A stretch of 64,000 nucleotides of DNA from Chlorobiota bacterium (GCA_022616535.1 JAKEEM010000008.1:65652-129651); one strand, 5' to 3'. Shown: positions 1 through 9,162, numbered from the stretch's first letter. The notes: generated by a model from the sequence alone, not told the origin. A program made the numbers and translations.

Positions 1-2793
1 AAGGGCTATGCAAATATTGATAAAACGGATTTCTTTCTTTCCGGCGCGCTTACAAGGGGACGCTTCAACTCAAACACTTTAATCGGTATTGACGGCGTGC
101 AGGGACCTTACCGGCTTGTGGGAGCCGATAATGAAGTCAACATTGTTGTAATTGCCGGTACGGAGCGGGTTTACCTTGACGGCATACTTATGACAAGAGG
201 TGAATCGAACGATTACACGATTGATTACTCCAACGGGCAGATTAAGTTTACAAACCGCAGGCTGATTACAAATGCATCGCGTATAACGGTGGATTTTGAA
301 TACTCCGATAAAAAATACTCACGCAGCTTTATTGCCGGGCAGACCAAAACGGCTGTGTTTAAGGACAGGCTTAAGCTCTCGGTTTCATACGTCCGTGAGA
401 GAGATGACCCCAATAAGCCCATCGATTTTATTTTGTCTGACACCGATAAGACCGTAATTTCACTGGCGGGCGATGACAAGCTAAAAGCTTCAAAGAGCGG
501 GGTAAGCTTTGTCGGGCGGGATACTCTCGGCTATCCGCTCGGCTCATACATCCAGCGCGATACCGTAATTAACTCCCAAAGCTACACAAAATATATCTAC
601 GCCCCGGGTGATACAAATGCGCTGTATCAGGTTACGTTTTCATTTGTCGGCTCAGGCAAGGGTGATTATAACAGCTTGAGCAGCCAGCAGTATAATTTTG
701 CCGGTATCGGACAGGGGAGCTACCTGCCGATAGTATTTTTCCCTCTGCCGGTTGCATACCAATCTGCAGATGTTGGGCTTGAGCTGAAGCTCACAAAAAA
801 TCTTTCATTTATAGTCGAAGGCACCGCGAGCGATTTCGATAAAAACCTGCTTTCCGACGTCGACGACACCGAAAACAGGGGAGGGGCGCTGAATACATCG
901 CTGGTTTTCAGTCCGGGTTCATTTAAGCTCGGCAGTATGGACTTGGGCAATGTTGAGCTGATTTTCCGCCAGAAGTATGTAAATAAGCTCTACAACGCAG
1001 TTAACCGTTTAAATAAGGTTGAATACAACCGCGTATGGGATATTCAGGACAGCCTGCAGCTTACTGAGCTTACAAGCGAGGCAGGCTTAATTTACAAGCC
1101 CAAAAGCTACATATTAATCAGTACAAACGGCGGCAGGATAAAAAGAGGTGATAAGTTCTCTTCGCTTCGGGGTTCTGTTGATTTCAGGTTCCTGGGTGAT
1201 TCCCTTTCGGTGCCTTCGGTAAATTACTTTGCAGATTACATATCAAGCAATGATGAAGATATTGATTACGGCGGCAAGTGGATAAGGCAAAATGGTCTGG
1301 TAGACTATAAGCTGAATCCGTTTAAGGATAGGGCTGGAAAACCAAAATTTGGCAAGTATAATTTGATTTTTGAGTTCAACGGTGAGGACAAACAAACCCG
1401 CTCATTAAACTTTGATACAACAGGTGCCGGAAGCTTCAGGTTTTATGAGTTCAAGCCGAGATTCCTTTTAGCCGAGCTTTGGAAAATGGATTTTTCATAC
1501 CAGTTTAACTACAGGTTTGATGATGTATATAACGAAGGCAGCCTTGAAAGACAGTCGAATTCATACACAAGCACTTTTGGCGTGAGATTTAAAAACCTTG
1601 ATTTTCTTTCCGCCTCCGGTGATGTTGTGGTTTATGACAGGAAATATACACCTTTGTTTCAGCAAAAGGGCTTTCCTGATTCAAGGACCATTCTTGTTAC
1701 ATCGCAGTCAGGGTTGTGGTTTTTAAACCGCGCTTTTAATACGAACCTTTATTATAAGGTGTCAAGCGAAAGGACTGCTAAGCAGGAGGTTGTGTTTATT
1801 AAAGTGCCAATTGGTCAGGGCAACTATAAATATATAGGTGATTTAAACGGTAACAATATTCAGGACGAAAATGAATTTGTGCTTACCAATTTTGACGGCG
1901 ACTATATAAAAATCATCCGTCCAACTGACCAGCTTTTTCCGACCACAGATTTGCAAAGCTCGGCTTCGGTGAATCTTGTTCCCTCAAGAGCACTTAATTT
2001 AAAAGGGGGAAGCTTTTTAAATGAAATTATTAATAACGTCACATTCGATAGCTACGTTAGTGTTGCGGAAAAAAGCAAAGACCCAGAGCAGAAAAACATT
2101 TACCTTCTTAAATTCAGCACTTTCCAGAATGACATTAATACAATTTCGGGACTTTCAACGCTTCAGCAGGATATTGGAATATTTGAAAATAACCAGTATT
2201 TCGGGATAAAGTTAAGATTTGTTCAGCGAAGGGGGTTTAACCAGTATTTTTCAGGCAATGAAAGATTGTTGAATGTGGATAGAACGGCACGGCTCAGGCT
2301 TTCATTCACTCCCGATTTAGCATTAATAACCGATTACGTAAGCAGTATTGCGCGTAACCTTGCTCCAAATGTTACTATCAGGAATTGGAATATTAATTCC
2401 GAAGGTGTAATTTCCGAGCTGATTTATAAACCTACACAATCGGTTGAGGCTGGATTTAAAGCTGAATTTAAACGCTCATCGGATTTTTATCCCCTAATTC
2501 CGACAAAAGCCGATATGAATATACAAACCTTCAGGCTGATTTATTCAATTAACGGTAAAGGGACTTTAAGGTCAGAGGTTTCAAGAAATGAGGCGATACT
2601 TTCGGAAAACCCCCTCTTTGTCCCTTTTGAGCTGACCAAAGGACTCGTTATAGGCAAGAGTTATTTTTGGACATTAAACTTTGAATACAGAATAAGTAAC
2701 TTTATACAGGCTACGATTAATTATTTTGGCAGAGCGGAGGGAAAATCAAAAGTAATCCACACGGGCACGGCGGAAGTAAGGGCATATTTTTAA
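1..2793 (+). CDS. Very large outer-membrane beta-barrel-type protein, unknown family, 5'-truncated by the window edge
   Basis: Frame 1 is open from nt 1 (KGYANIDKTDFF...), so the tracked GTG at 97 is internal. Over 900 aa with Y/F/N/S-rich strand-like composition, ending ...AEVRAYF; a terminal Phe is typical of BamA-dependent OMPs. Family not recognised. Confidence 0.6.
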   Translation, partial: KGYANIDKTDFFLSGALTRGRFNSNTLIGIDGVQGPYRLVGADNEVNIVVIAGTERVYLDGILMTRGESNDYTIDYSNGQIKFTNRRLITNASRITVDFEYSDKKYSRSFIAGQTKTAVFKDRLKLSVSYVRERDDPNKPIDFILSDTDKTVISLAGDDKLKASKSGVSFVGRDTLGYPLGSYIQRDTVINSQSYTKYIYAPGDTNALYQVTFSFVGSGKGDYNSLSSQQYNFAGIGQGSYLPIVFFPLPVAYQSADVGLELKLTKNLSFIVEGTASDFDKNLLSDVDDTENRGGALNTSLVFSPGSFKLGSMDLGNVELIFRQKYVNKLYNAVNRLNKVEYNRVWDIQDSLQLTELTSEAGLIYKPKSYILISTNGGRIKRGDKFSSLRGSVDFRFLGDSLSVPSVNYFADYISSNDEDIDYGGKWIRQNGLVDYKLNPFKDRAGKPKFGKYNLIFEFNGEDKQTRSLNFDTTGAGSFRFYEFKPRFLLAELWKMDFSYQFNYRFDDVYNEGSLERQSNSYTSTFGVRFKNLDFLSASGDVVVYDRKYTPLFQQKGFPDSRTILVTSQSGLWFLNRAFNTNLYYKVSSERTAKQEVVFIKVPIGQGNYKYIGDLNGNNIQDENEFVLTNFDGDYIKIIRPTDQLFPTTDLQSSASVNLVPSRALNLKGGSFLNEIINNVTFDSYVSVAEKSKDPEQKNIYLLKFSTFQNDINTISGLSTLQQDIGIFENNQYFGIKLRFVQRRGFNQYFSGNERLLNVDRTARLRLSFTPDLALITDYVSSIARNLAPNVTIRNWNINSEGVISELIYKPTQSVEAGFKAEFKRSSDFYPLIPTKADMNIQTFRLIYSINGKGTLRSEVSRNEAILSENPLFVPFELTKGLVIGKSYFWTLNFEYRISNFIQATINYFGRAEGKSKVIHTGTAEVRAYF

Positions 2794-2809
2794 ACAACAG
2801 AAAATTTTA

Positions 2810-3343
2810 ATGAGGAAATTAACACATGAGGAAGTCGGGAAAAAAAGAATTTCGCTTGATGAGGCAAAGAAAATCAAGCGGCATCCGATTTATGTTTTGT
2901 GTGATAATATAAGAAGCATTTACAATATCGGCTCAATATTCAGAACTAGCGACGCTGCACTGATAGAAAAGCTTTATTTAACAGGATACACACCTTGCCC
3001 GCCGAGACCAGAAATCGAAAAAGTTGCCCTTGGTTCAACGAACTCAGTTCCCTGGAAGTATGTTAAAAATCCACTGGAAGCGGTAAAAAAACTTAAGACC
3101 GAGGGAGTGAAAATCGTGCCGCTTGAAATAACACAAAACAGCAGAAGTTATACCGAAATTACTAAACAGGATTTTCCTTTATGCCTGATACTCGGCAATG
3201 AGCTTACAGGGGTTTCAAATGAATTGATTGAACAATCCGATTTTTCAATTGAAATACCACAATACGGATTCAAGCATTCTATTAACGTTTCTGTTGCCTA
3301 TGGAATTGCGGTATTTGAACTGGTGAGGGTAATTAGGGGTTAG
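2810..3343 (+). CDS. SpoU/TrmH-family RNA 2'-O-methyltransferase
   Basis: Motifs NIGSIFRTSDAA, LILGNELTGVS and SINVSVAYGIAVFE match the SPOUT knot region. Confidence 0.85.
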   Translation: MRKLTHEEVGKKRISLDEAKKIKRHPIYVLCDNIRSIYNIGSIFRTSDAALIEKLYLTGYTPCPPRPEIEKVALGSTNSVPWKYVKNPLEAVKKLKTEGVKIVPLEITQNSRSYTEITKQDFPLCLILGNELTGVSNELIEQSDFSIEIPQYGFKHSINVSVAYGIAVFELVRVIRG

Positions 3344-4907
3344 AGTACACTTCCTCGCCGTTAAAATAAGTTTTCCATACCTTTGCATTTGAAATATCAC
3401 CTGTGTCCATTTCGAATAAATCGTCTTTCATAATTACAAAATCTGCTTTTTTTCCTTTTTCGATTGCCCCGAGCAAGTTTTCATTAAAATTTGAGGAAGC
3501 ATTATTAATTGTGTATGACTTTATGCAGTTGTGCAAATCGATACCAAGCTCAGGCAGAAATGTGCCGTCTTTAGTCTTTCTGGTTAATGCAAGTGAGATG
3601 TTTTCAAAAGGATTAACTTGCACAATTGGAAAATCCGTCCCGAAGTTCACAACTCCGCCGTTATCGATTATTTTTTTATAATTATGTGTTAGAGGAATTA
3701 AATCCTCAGTAAGCTTTTCCATAACGGATTTTACGTCATATTTTAAATGTATCGGCTGGACCGATGCAATTACACCAAGCTTTCTAAATCTTGCTATGTC
3801 TTTTTCCTGAATGTGCTGTGCGTGCTCGATTCTGTGCCGGGTTTTCAGTGAGGGGTCGTATAATGATTCATATAAATCAAGAACTTCGGTGACTGCCTTA
3901 TCGCCAATGGCGTGAATTATCATCTGCATTCCGAAGGAGTTGATTTCCTTAGCGAGACGGAATATTTCTTTATTTTTAACAAGTTCGGTTTCGTAGCCGT
4001 TATGTGATTTTCCCTTGTAGTTTCGGCTGAAAAGCGCAGTTTCGGAGCTTAATGCACCGTCCCAATAAGCTTTAAAACCCTTTATTGCAAAAAGCTCAGA
4101 ACTGATTTCTTTTGTGTATTTTTTATATTCGTTTAAGTTATGATATTCTTCAAAAGGAATGTAAGAGTTAATTCTGAGGTTTAATTTATTTTTATCGTGC
4201 AGCTTTTTATATACTACAAGTTCGTTAATTAATGTGATATCCGAGACAGATGTAATTCCGTATGAGTGCAGAACTTGAGTAAATTCTTCTGCTGCTTTTA
4301 ATTTTTCATCAATTGAGGGTTGAGGAAGCATGGAATACATGTACTTCTGTGCTTTTTCTTTTATAATGCCGGTTGGGCTGCCGCTTGAATCTCTAACTAC
4401 TTCATCATTTGAAAATTCACTTAATTTATTCATTAACTCCGATACTTCCAAAGCTTTTGTGTTGCAGAGTGCGGAGTGATAATCAAAATTATTTATAAAA
4501 AAAGGTTTATCGCTGTAAATTCCATCAGCAATGTTCCCTTTCGTTGTATCAACATCTTTTAATAGAGAATTTGCGTCGAGGTTTGAGCCAACAATCCAGC
4601 TTTGATTCGGATTAGAGTCAGCATATTCGCAGATTTTTGTTTTAAGTGTTTCGATATTTTTAATACCTGATGAATCGAATCTTTTTATCATTAGTGAACC
4701 CTTGACGAGATGAAGATGCCCGTCAATTAATCCGGGAAGAACAAGTCTACCCTCGCAATTGATAATTTTTTCGTAGTTTGATTTAATGCTGGAAGCCTCT
4801 TCATTAGAACCGATGAAATCGAAAAAACTCTCTCTAACGCCGAATGCCTGTGCAAACTCACCGCTTGGCTTCCATACTTTTGCGTTAATAAAGAGTGCTG
4901 AGGACAT
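3333..4907 (-). CDS. Amidohydrolase-family metal-dependent hydrolase (Amidohydro_3-like)
   Basis: N-terminal LPGLIDGHLHL metal-binding motif, HAIGD, C-terminal GTDFP. Its ATG overlaps the gpsA stop (TGATG at 4907), suggesting translational coupling. Confidence 0.8.
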   Translation of the reverse strand: MSSALFINAKVWKPSGEFAQAFGVRESFFDFIGSNEEASSIKSNYEKIINCEGRLVLPGLIDGHLHLVKGSLMIKRFDSSGIKNIETLKTKICEYADSNPNQSWIVGSNLDANSLLKDVDTTKGNIADGIYSDKPFFINNFDYHSALCNTKALEVSELMNKLSEFSNDEVVRDSSGSPTGIIKEKAQKYMYSMLPQPSIDEKLKAAEEFTQVLHSYGITSVSDITLINELVVYKKLHDKNKLNLRINSYIPFEEYHNLNEYKKYTKEISSELFAIKGFKAYWDGALSSETALFSRNYKGKSHNGYETELVKNKEIFRLAKEINSFGMQMIIHAIGDKAVTEVLDLYESLYDPSLKTRHRIEHAQHIQEKDIARFRKLGVIASVQPIHLKYDVKSVMEKLTEDLIPLTHNYKKIIDNGGVVNFGTDFPIVQVNPFENISLALTRKTKDGTFLPELGIDLHNCIKSYTINNASSNFNENLLGAIEKGKKADFVIMKDDLFEMDTGDISNAKVWKTYFNGEEVYSNP

Positions 4908-5905
4908 CAGTGTTCTTTTTTGAGTCCTCGGGTCATTAATTCCTCGGTTGCTTTGTGAGGGTTTTTGCCGTGGAACAGCATTTTGTAAACCTGTTCTGTA
5001 ATCGGAAGCTCAACACGCAGTTTTTTTGCAAGCCCGTGGGTTGATTCGGTTGTGGCAACTCCTTCGGCAACCATTTTCATTTCTGCAAGTATCTGCTTAA
5101 GCTTTTTTCCTTTGCCGATTTCTTCGCCCACAAAGCGGTTTCGCGAGAGCGGGCTCATGCACGTTACAATTAAATCTCCGATACCCGATAAGCCTATAAA
5201 GGTATTTTCGTTTGCACCAAGCTTAACGCCGAGCCGTGTTATCTCTTTAATCCCTCTTGTCATAATTGCAGCTTTGGTGTTATCTCCGAATCCTGCACCG
5301 TGTGCAATACCCGCGGCGATAGCAATCACGTTCTTTAAGGCGCCTCCGAGCTCAACACCCAAAACGTCTGTGCTGCCGTAAACCCTGAAGTGGCGGTTTG
5401 AAAAAGTTTTTTGGATAATTTCAGCATTTGAAATATCATAAGAGGCTGCAACCACGGCTGTAGGTATGTTCAAAGCGACTTCCTCGGCGTGTGAAGGACC
5501 GGAAAGCACAACGATGTTTTTCCTGTTAATTTTTTTAAACACATCCTGAAAAACCTGTGAAACCGTCATCAGGGTGTTATTTTCAATTCCTTTTGAAACG
5601 CTGAGAAGAATTTTATCCTTAAAATCCAGATTTTTGATATTTTCAATAACTCCTCTTATAAACTGGGTGGGAGCAGCAGCAACAACAATCTCTTTGTTTC
5701 TAACTGCTTCGTGAATATTATTTGTTATTTTGATTTTTTGGGGAATTTTTACTTTCGGGAGGAAATAGAAATTTTCACGGAATTCATCAAGTGTGTGAGC
5801 GTATTCCTTATCGTATTCCCAAAGCGTTACATTATGCCTGTTGTTGTGCAGAACTATGGCAAGAGCCGTTCCCCAGCCCCCTGCCCCAAGAATGCCGATT
5901 TTCAT
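4907..5905 (-). CDS. gpsA: NAD(P)H-dependent glycerol-3-phosphate dehydrogenase
   Basis: MKIGILGAGGWGTALA Rossmann start, GALKNVIAIAAG, and 332 aa, typical for GpsA. Confidence 0.95.
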   Translation of the reverse strand: MKIGILGAGGWGTALAIVLHNNRHNVTLWEYDKEYAHTLDEFRENFYFLPKVKIPQKIKITNNIHEAVRNKEIVVAAAPTQFIRGVIENIKNLDFKDKILLSVSKGIENNTLMTVSQVFQDVFKKINRKNIVVLSGPSHAEEVALNIPTAVVAASYDISNAEIIQKTFSNRHFRVYGSTDVLGVELGGALKNVIAIAAGIAHGAGFGDNTKAAIMTRGIKEITRLGVKLGANENTFIGLSGIGDLIVTCMSPLSRNRFVGEEIGKGKKLKQILAEMKMVAEGVATTESTHGLAKKLRVELPITEQVYKMLFHGKNPHKATEELMTRGLKKEH

Positions 5906-6001
5906 ATCAGCCCATGAGATAAAGTTTAAAAAATTTTTAAATTTGCCCGTGATTAAATGTAAAAAAGTGAGCCTAAATGCATACTTATCTCACGGGCTAA
6001 A

Positions 6002-6032
6002 CAAATTTATTCGTCAAAAGCCGAATTTACAA
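6002..6032 (-). promoter_or_regulatory. Bacteroidota-type promoter (TTG-N20-TAAATTTG) upstream of gpsA, inside the left 75-bp repeat
   Basis: The minus strand reads TTG (6032-6030), a 20-nt spacer, then TAAATTTG (6009-2). This matches the -33/-7 consensus TTG/TAnnTTTG. Confidence 0.45.
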
Positions 6033-6076
6033 TTTAAAAAAAATTACTTAAGAAATATTAAAAGGGGTGAGTTAAA
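6002..6076. repeat. Left copy of a 75-bp imperfect direct repeat (partner at 7575-7648)
   Basis: Hand alignment of 75 vs 74 nt shows about 7 substitutions and 1 indel. Confidence 0.85.
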
Positions 6077-6542
6077 TTTGCAGCATTTATGCACTGACTT
6101 GTTAAAAGAACGAATTTTTATATTCATCCTGAGTATTCGGGATAAACTATGACAAAATTAATTTTAATAAATTAACAATTAAATAGCATAGAGCCTAAAT
6201 ACGACTAAGGGGAAATAAAATAAAGATACAGTAACTCTGTCCTTGTCATTTTTCAGTTTGCCAAACAAGGTCGCTGATTTTATGAATGTTTCCATCCTTG
6301 TCGTAAATTGTTTGCACTATTATTCTGGAACTGACATTGTCTGTTTATTATTACGCCTAACGGTTTGAGGGTTTAAGAAGTGCAGGAATTGGGAGAGATA
6401 AACTGTCACCCAGCACTAAAGTTTGATTTAAAAACTGCATTTGATTTACCCACGTCACCCCGCATCTCTTAAACCTGTTAACAACAGCCATTATGTTGTC
6501 CAATGTGGTGTCGTGTCTTATTAAAACGCAGTGTCAGCAAAT

Positions 6543-7379
6543 TTAGGTGCTAATTTCATTTTCTTTTTTGATTTTAGATAATTTCAAAAATGTCAAAACG
6601 GTCAAGATCCCAAATGATACGGTTGTCGCAAGTGTTACGATAAATTCTGTCACAAAGTCCCCTTGTAATATGCTGCTTTGAAATATTTTTTCTACTGCTG
6701 AATAGTTTTTCCAAAAAAATATCCATAATAGTCCATCAAGCAACGAATGGAAAACTATTCCGGGTAATATAGAATTGGTATAATACGCTAAAAATCCCCA
6801 CCCGGTAGATGCAAGAACGAATATCGGTAATACAGGAAGCGGAGGTAAATGGAGAATAGAAAAAAATAATGCTACGATAATTATTGAAATGAATGGTCTG
6901 AAATGTTTTTCAAGCGGAACTTGCATATATCCGCGAAATCCCATTTCTTCAATCACTCCAGTATTTATTGCCCCAAATATTAGTGAAATAAAAATTATCA
7001 AGCTGGGATACTGCGAATAGCTGCCAAACTCTGCAATATTTTCTGTTGGGATCTTAAAAAGCAACCACCCCGATATATTCAAGCCTGTTAAAAAAATAAT
7101 ATAAAATGCCCCACCAAGCATAGCCCAAAGCCAAACATTTCTTTTGATTTTGTTTATTCGTATATATTGTCTTCTCTTTTCAGAAGTTGATCTTGGCCAA
7201 CCTTTGCCATATAAGTAGAGAATAAATAGCAGTAAGTAAGTAGTTCCGGCGAAAACAGCCCAAGGAATGTCAGGATGAAATTTTAGATTAATGTCGATTA
7301 AATATGACCAAGGCATAACACCCGCAAAGACAATAATTAGTCCGACAATGATTATGCGAATAAAGGAGAATGGTGTCAT
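6543..7379 (-). CDS. CPBP (CAAX protease / Abi, bacteriocin-immunity-type) intramembrane metalloprotease family protein
   Basis: Polytopic membrane protein carrying the three family motifs: EEMGFRGY (EExxxR), FSILHL (FxxxH) and FHSLLD. Confidence 0.85.
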   Translation of the reverse strand: MTPFSFIRIIIVGLIIVFAGVMPWSYLIDINLKFHPDIPWAVFAGTTYLLLFILYLYGKGWPRSTSEKRRQYIRINKIKRNVWLWAMLGGAFYIIFLTGLNISGWLLFKIPTENIAEFGSYSQYPSLIIFISLIFGAINTGVIEEMGFRGYMQVPLEKHFRPFISIIIVALFFSILHLPPLPVLPIFVLASTGWGFLAYYTNSILPGIVFHSLLDGLLWIFFWKNYSAVEKIFQSSILQGDFVTEFIVTLATTVSFGILTVLTFLKLSKIKKENEIST

Positions 7380-7574
7380 TCAGAATCGGGTCTTAAAAGT
7401 ATTAGTGTCGTCTGTGTCAAGTTTGCACTTTGGTTTTTTAGGGTTGCTGTCCAAATATAACGCATTGCGGAATTTTTTACAACGAATAATTTGTAAAAAC
7501 TGCGATGTTGGTTGTGATTTTATCTTCGCCTAATAAAGTGTGCTCGATAGCCCTTCGGGTGCTTTCCCGCCTGC

Positions 7575-7605
7575 GACGGCCAGGCAAATTTATTCGTCAG
7601 AAGCC
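7575..7605 (-). promoter_or_regulatory. Second copy of the TTG-N20-TAAATTTG promoter, upstream of the CPBP gene
   Basis: Same motif and spacing as at 6002-6032. It lies about 190 nt upstream of the CPBP ATG (7379). Confidence 0.4.
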
Positions 7606-7648
7606 AAATTTACAATTTAAAAAAAACTGCTTAAGAAATGTTAAAAGG
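7575..7648. repeat. Right copy of the 75-bp direct repeat
   Basis: See 6002-6076. It ends 5 nt before the stop codon (7654-7656) of the 502-aa gene. Confidence 0.85.
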
Positions 7649-7653
7649 GTGCT

Positions 7654-9162
7654 TTAAACCGCCGTTTTCCTTGCCTCTTTCTCCAGGGCCTGTGTTTTGT
7701 TCAGAAGCCAGTCCTTGTTAACAACGTTTTTGCAGTTTTTGATATTGGTATAAAGAGTGCCGAGATCGGTCTTGGTTTTGCGGTTGAAGTGATTTATAAG
7801 CTTTTTTATGAATTTAAAAAAGTTCTCGTGCTCAGCTTTGACTTGATGCGAAATGAGTTCATTAGAGCTTAAAAATTCCTGGTAAGATTTTACAAATGCA
7901 TTAGCTGTTGTGAAATCCCTCTGTTCAAAATAAATTCTGAGACATAAGTTCCTTACATCCAGATTATAAATAAACTCATTCATTTTAATATTGCTAAGAT
8001 AGGCAAGCGACTGCTCGTAAGCGTTGCGTTCGAAATATAATAATGCATAGCTGAAGTTAATAATGTCCGCTCTTCGTTTGGGATGCAGCTGCAGCCCGTA
8101 TTCGGAAATAAAATCCTCAAGCCAGCTTAGCTCTTTTAGCTTAATTGAATGAAGAAGAATATTTCTGAATAAATCAACTGAAATGTATTTATTTGTTTCA
8201 GTTTCATAATATTTTTCACTTAGTATTATTTTATTAAGTTCAAAAAGTTCGCGATTATAATCATTGCTTGTTTCGGAATTATTTTTGATTTTTAAAATAC
8301 AGTAACCTTGTAATCTAATAAAAAGAAAGTTATTGTCGTTTGAACTAAGTCTATTTCTATATTTATATAATGATGTTTTAAACTCCTCATAATTATGGTC
8401 ATTTTCAAAATATAAATATGATTTCAGAGCGTTCAGATAAACTTCGATTATGAAGCTCCCAATCAATGAGTTCTTCTTCATAAATATCTCAAGCCGCTCG
8501 AAATCAAACAAATTTATAAATTCATTAATAACCTTTTCATTATACTTTACGTTGAAGCTTCTTGAATAGTTGAGAAGTGTATCATTATGCTTAATTGCCT
8601 CGAGCATAAAGTAATTGATAAGGTAAGTAATCCCGTTAATGAGCGTTTTTGCCTCAGTTTGAACGAAGGATTTTCTGTTAATCTTATTGTTAATCATTTT
8701 ATAGTAAAACTGGTCTGTTTCCAAGCGGAAGCGGCTCAGGCAAACATCGCTATCGATATAGCCGAGGGAGTCGAGCATGTTTTGTGTCTGCTTAACGTTT
8801 TTGAAAAAAAGCTTTTCGGCTCCGCGCGCTCCGATTTCCTCGGTCATATAAATCCTTGACTCGATTTGCTTTTTTTCGAAGTTGAGCTGCCTTGTAAACT
8901 TTTCCGTTAAGTTCTGCAAATCGAAAAGCAATCGCCGCATTGTTATTTCATTATACGGCAGTTCCGGAGAGACTTTCTGAAGAAGCTTTTCCTTTGTTAA
9001 ATTCCTGCTTTCGAAGTGAGGATGATACCTAATTATTTCATCATATAATCTAAGCACTTTATTGCTTCTGAAAAAGTAGGGTGAACGGATAAAACGCCTG
9101 AACTGCTTCAGCTCAGCCTTTGTAAAGGTCTCCCAGATTTCCAAAAAAGTGTAATTAAGCAT
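7654..9162 (-). CDS. Hypothetical all-alpha (TPR-like?) cytoplasmic protein, 502 aa
   Basis: Long uninterrupted ORF with helix-favouring K/E/L/N/Y-rich sequence and no signal peptide or TM segment. No catalytic motif recognised. Confidence 0.6.
   Translation of the reverse strand: MLNYTFLEIWETFTKAELKQFRRFIRSPYFFRSNKVLRLYDEIIRYHPHFESRNLTKEKLLQKVSPELPYNEITMRRLLFDLQNLTEKFTRQLNFEKKQIESRIYMTEEIGARGAEKLFFKNVKQTQNMLDSLGYIDSDVCLSRFRLETDQFYYKMINNKINRKSFVQTEAKTLINGITYLINYFMLEAIKHNDTLLNYSRSFNVKYNEKVINEFINLFDFERLEIFMKKNSLIGSFIIEVYLNALKSYLYFENDHNYEEFKTSLYKYRNRLSSNDNNFLFIRLQGYCILKIKNNSETSNDYNRELFELNKIILSEKYYETETNKYISVDLFRNILLHSIKLKELSWLEDFISEYGLQLHPKRRADIINFSYALLYFERNAYEQSLAYLSNIKMNEFIYNLDVRNLCLRIYFEQRDFTTANAFVKSYQEFLSSNELISHQVKAEHENFFKFIKKLINHFNRKTKTDLGTLYTNIKNCKNVVNKDWLLNKTQALEKEARKTAV

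Noticed and set aside
5711-6152. Tracked plus-strand ORFs 5711-5917 and 5841-6152 across the gpsA start and promoter region.
   Set aside because: They overlap the gpsA 5' end in antisense and then run through AT-rich promoter and repeat DNA. Their translations are low-complexity (K/F/L/N) with no start context.
6002-7648. Interpretation of the 75-bp direct repeats as attL/attR of an integrative element, or as target-site duplications of a transposon.
   Set aside because: No integrase, transposase or terminal inverted repeats lie between or beside the repeats, and 75 bp is too long for a TSD. The repeats carry a promoter motif positioned correctly for the downstream genes, so a duplicated promoter junction is the simpler reading. 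An ancient integration remnant cannot be excluded.
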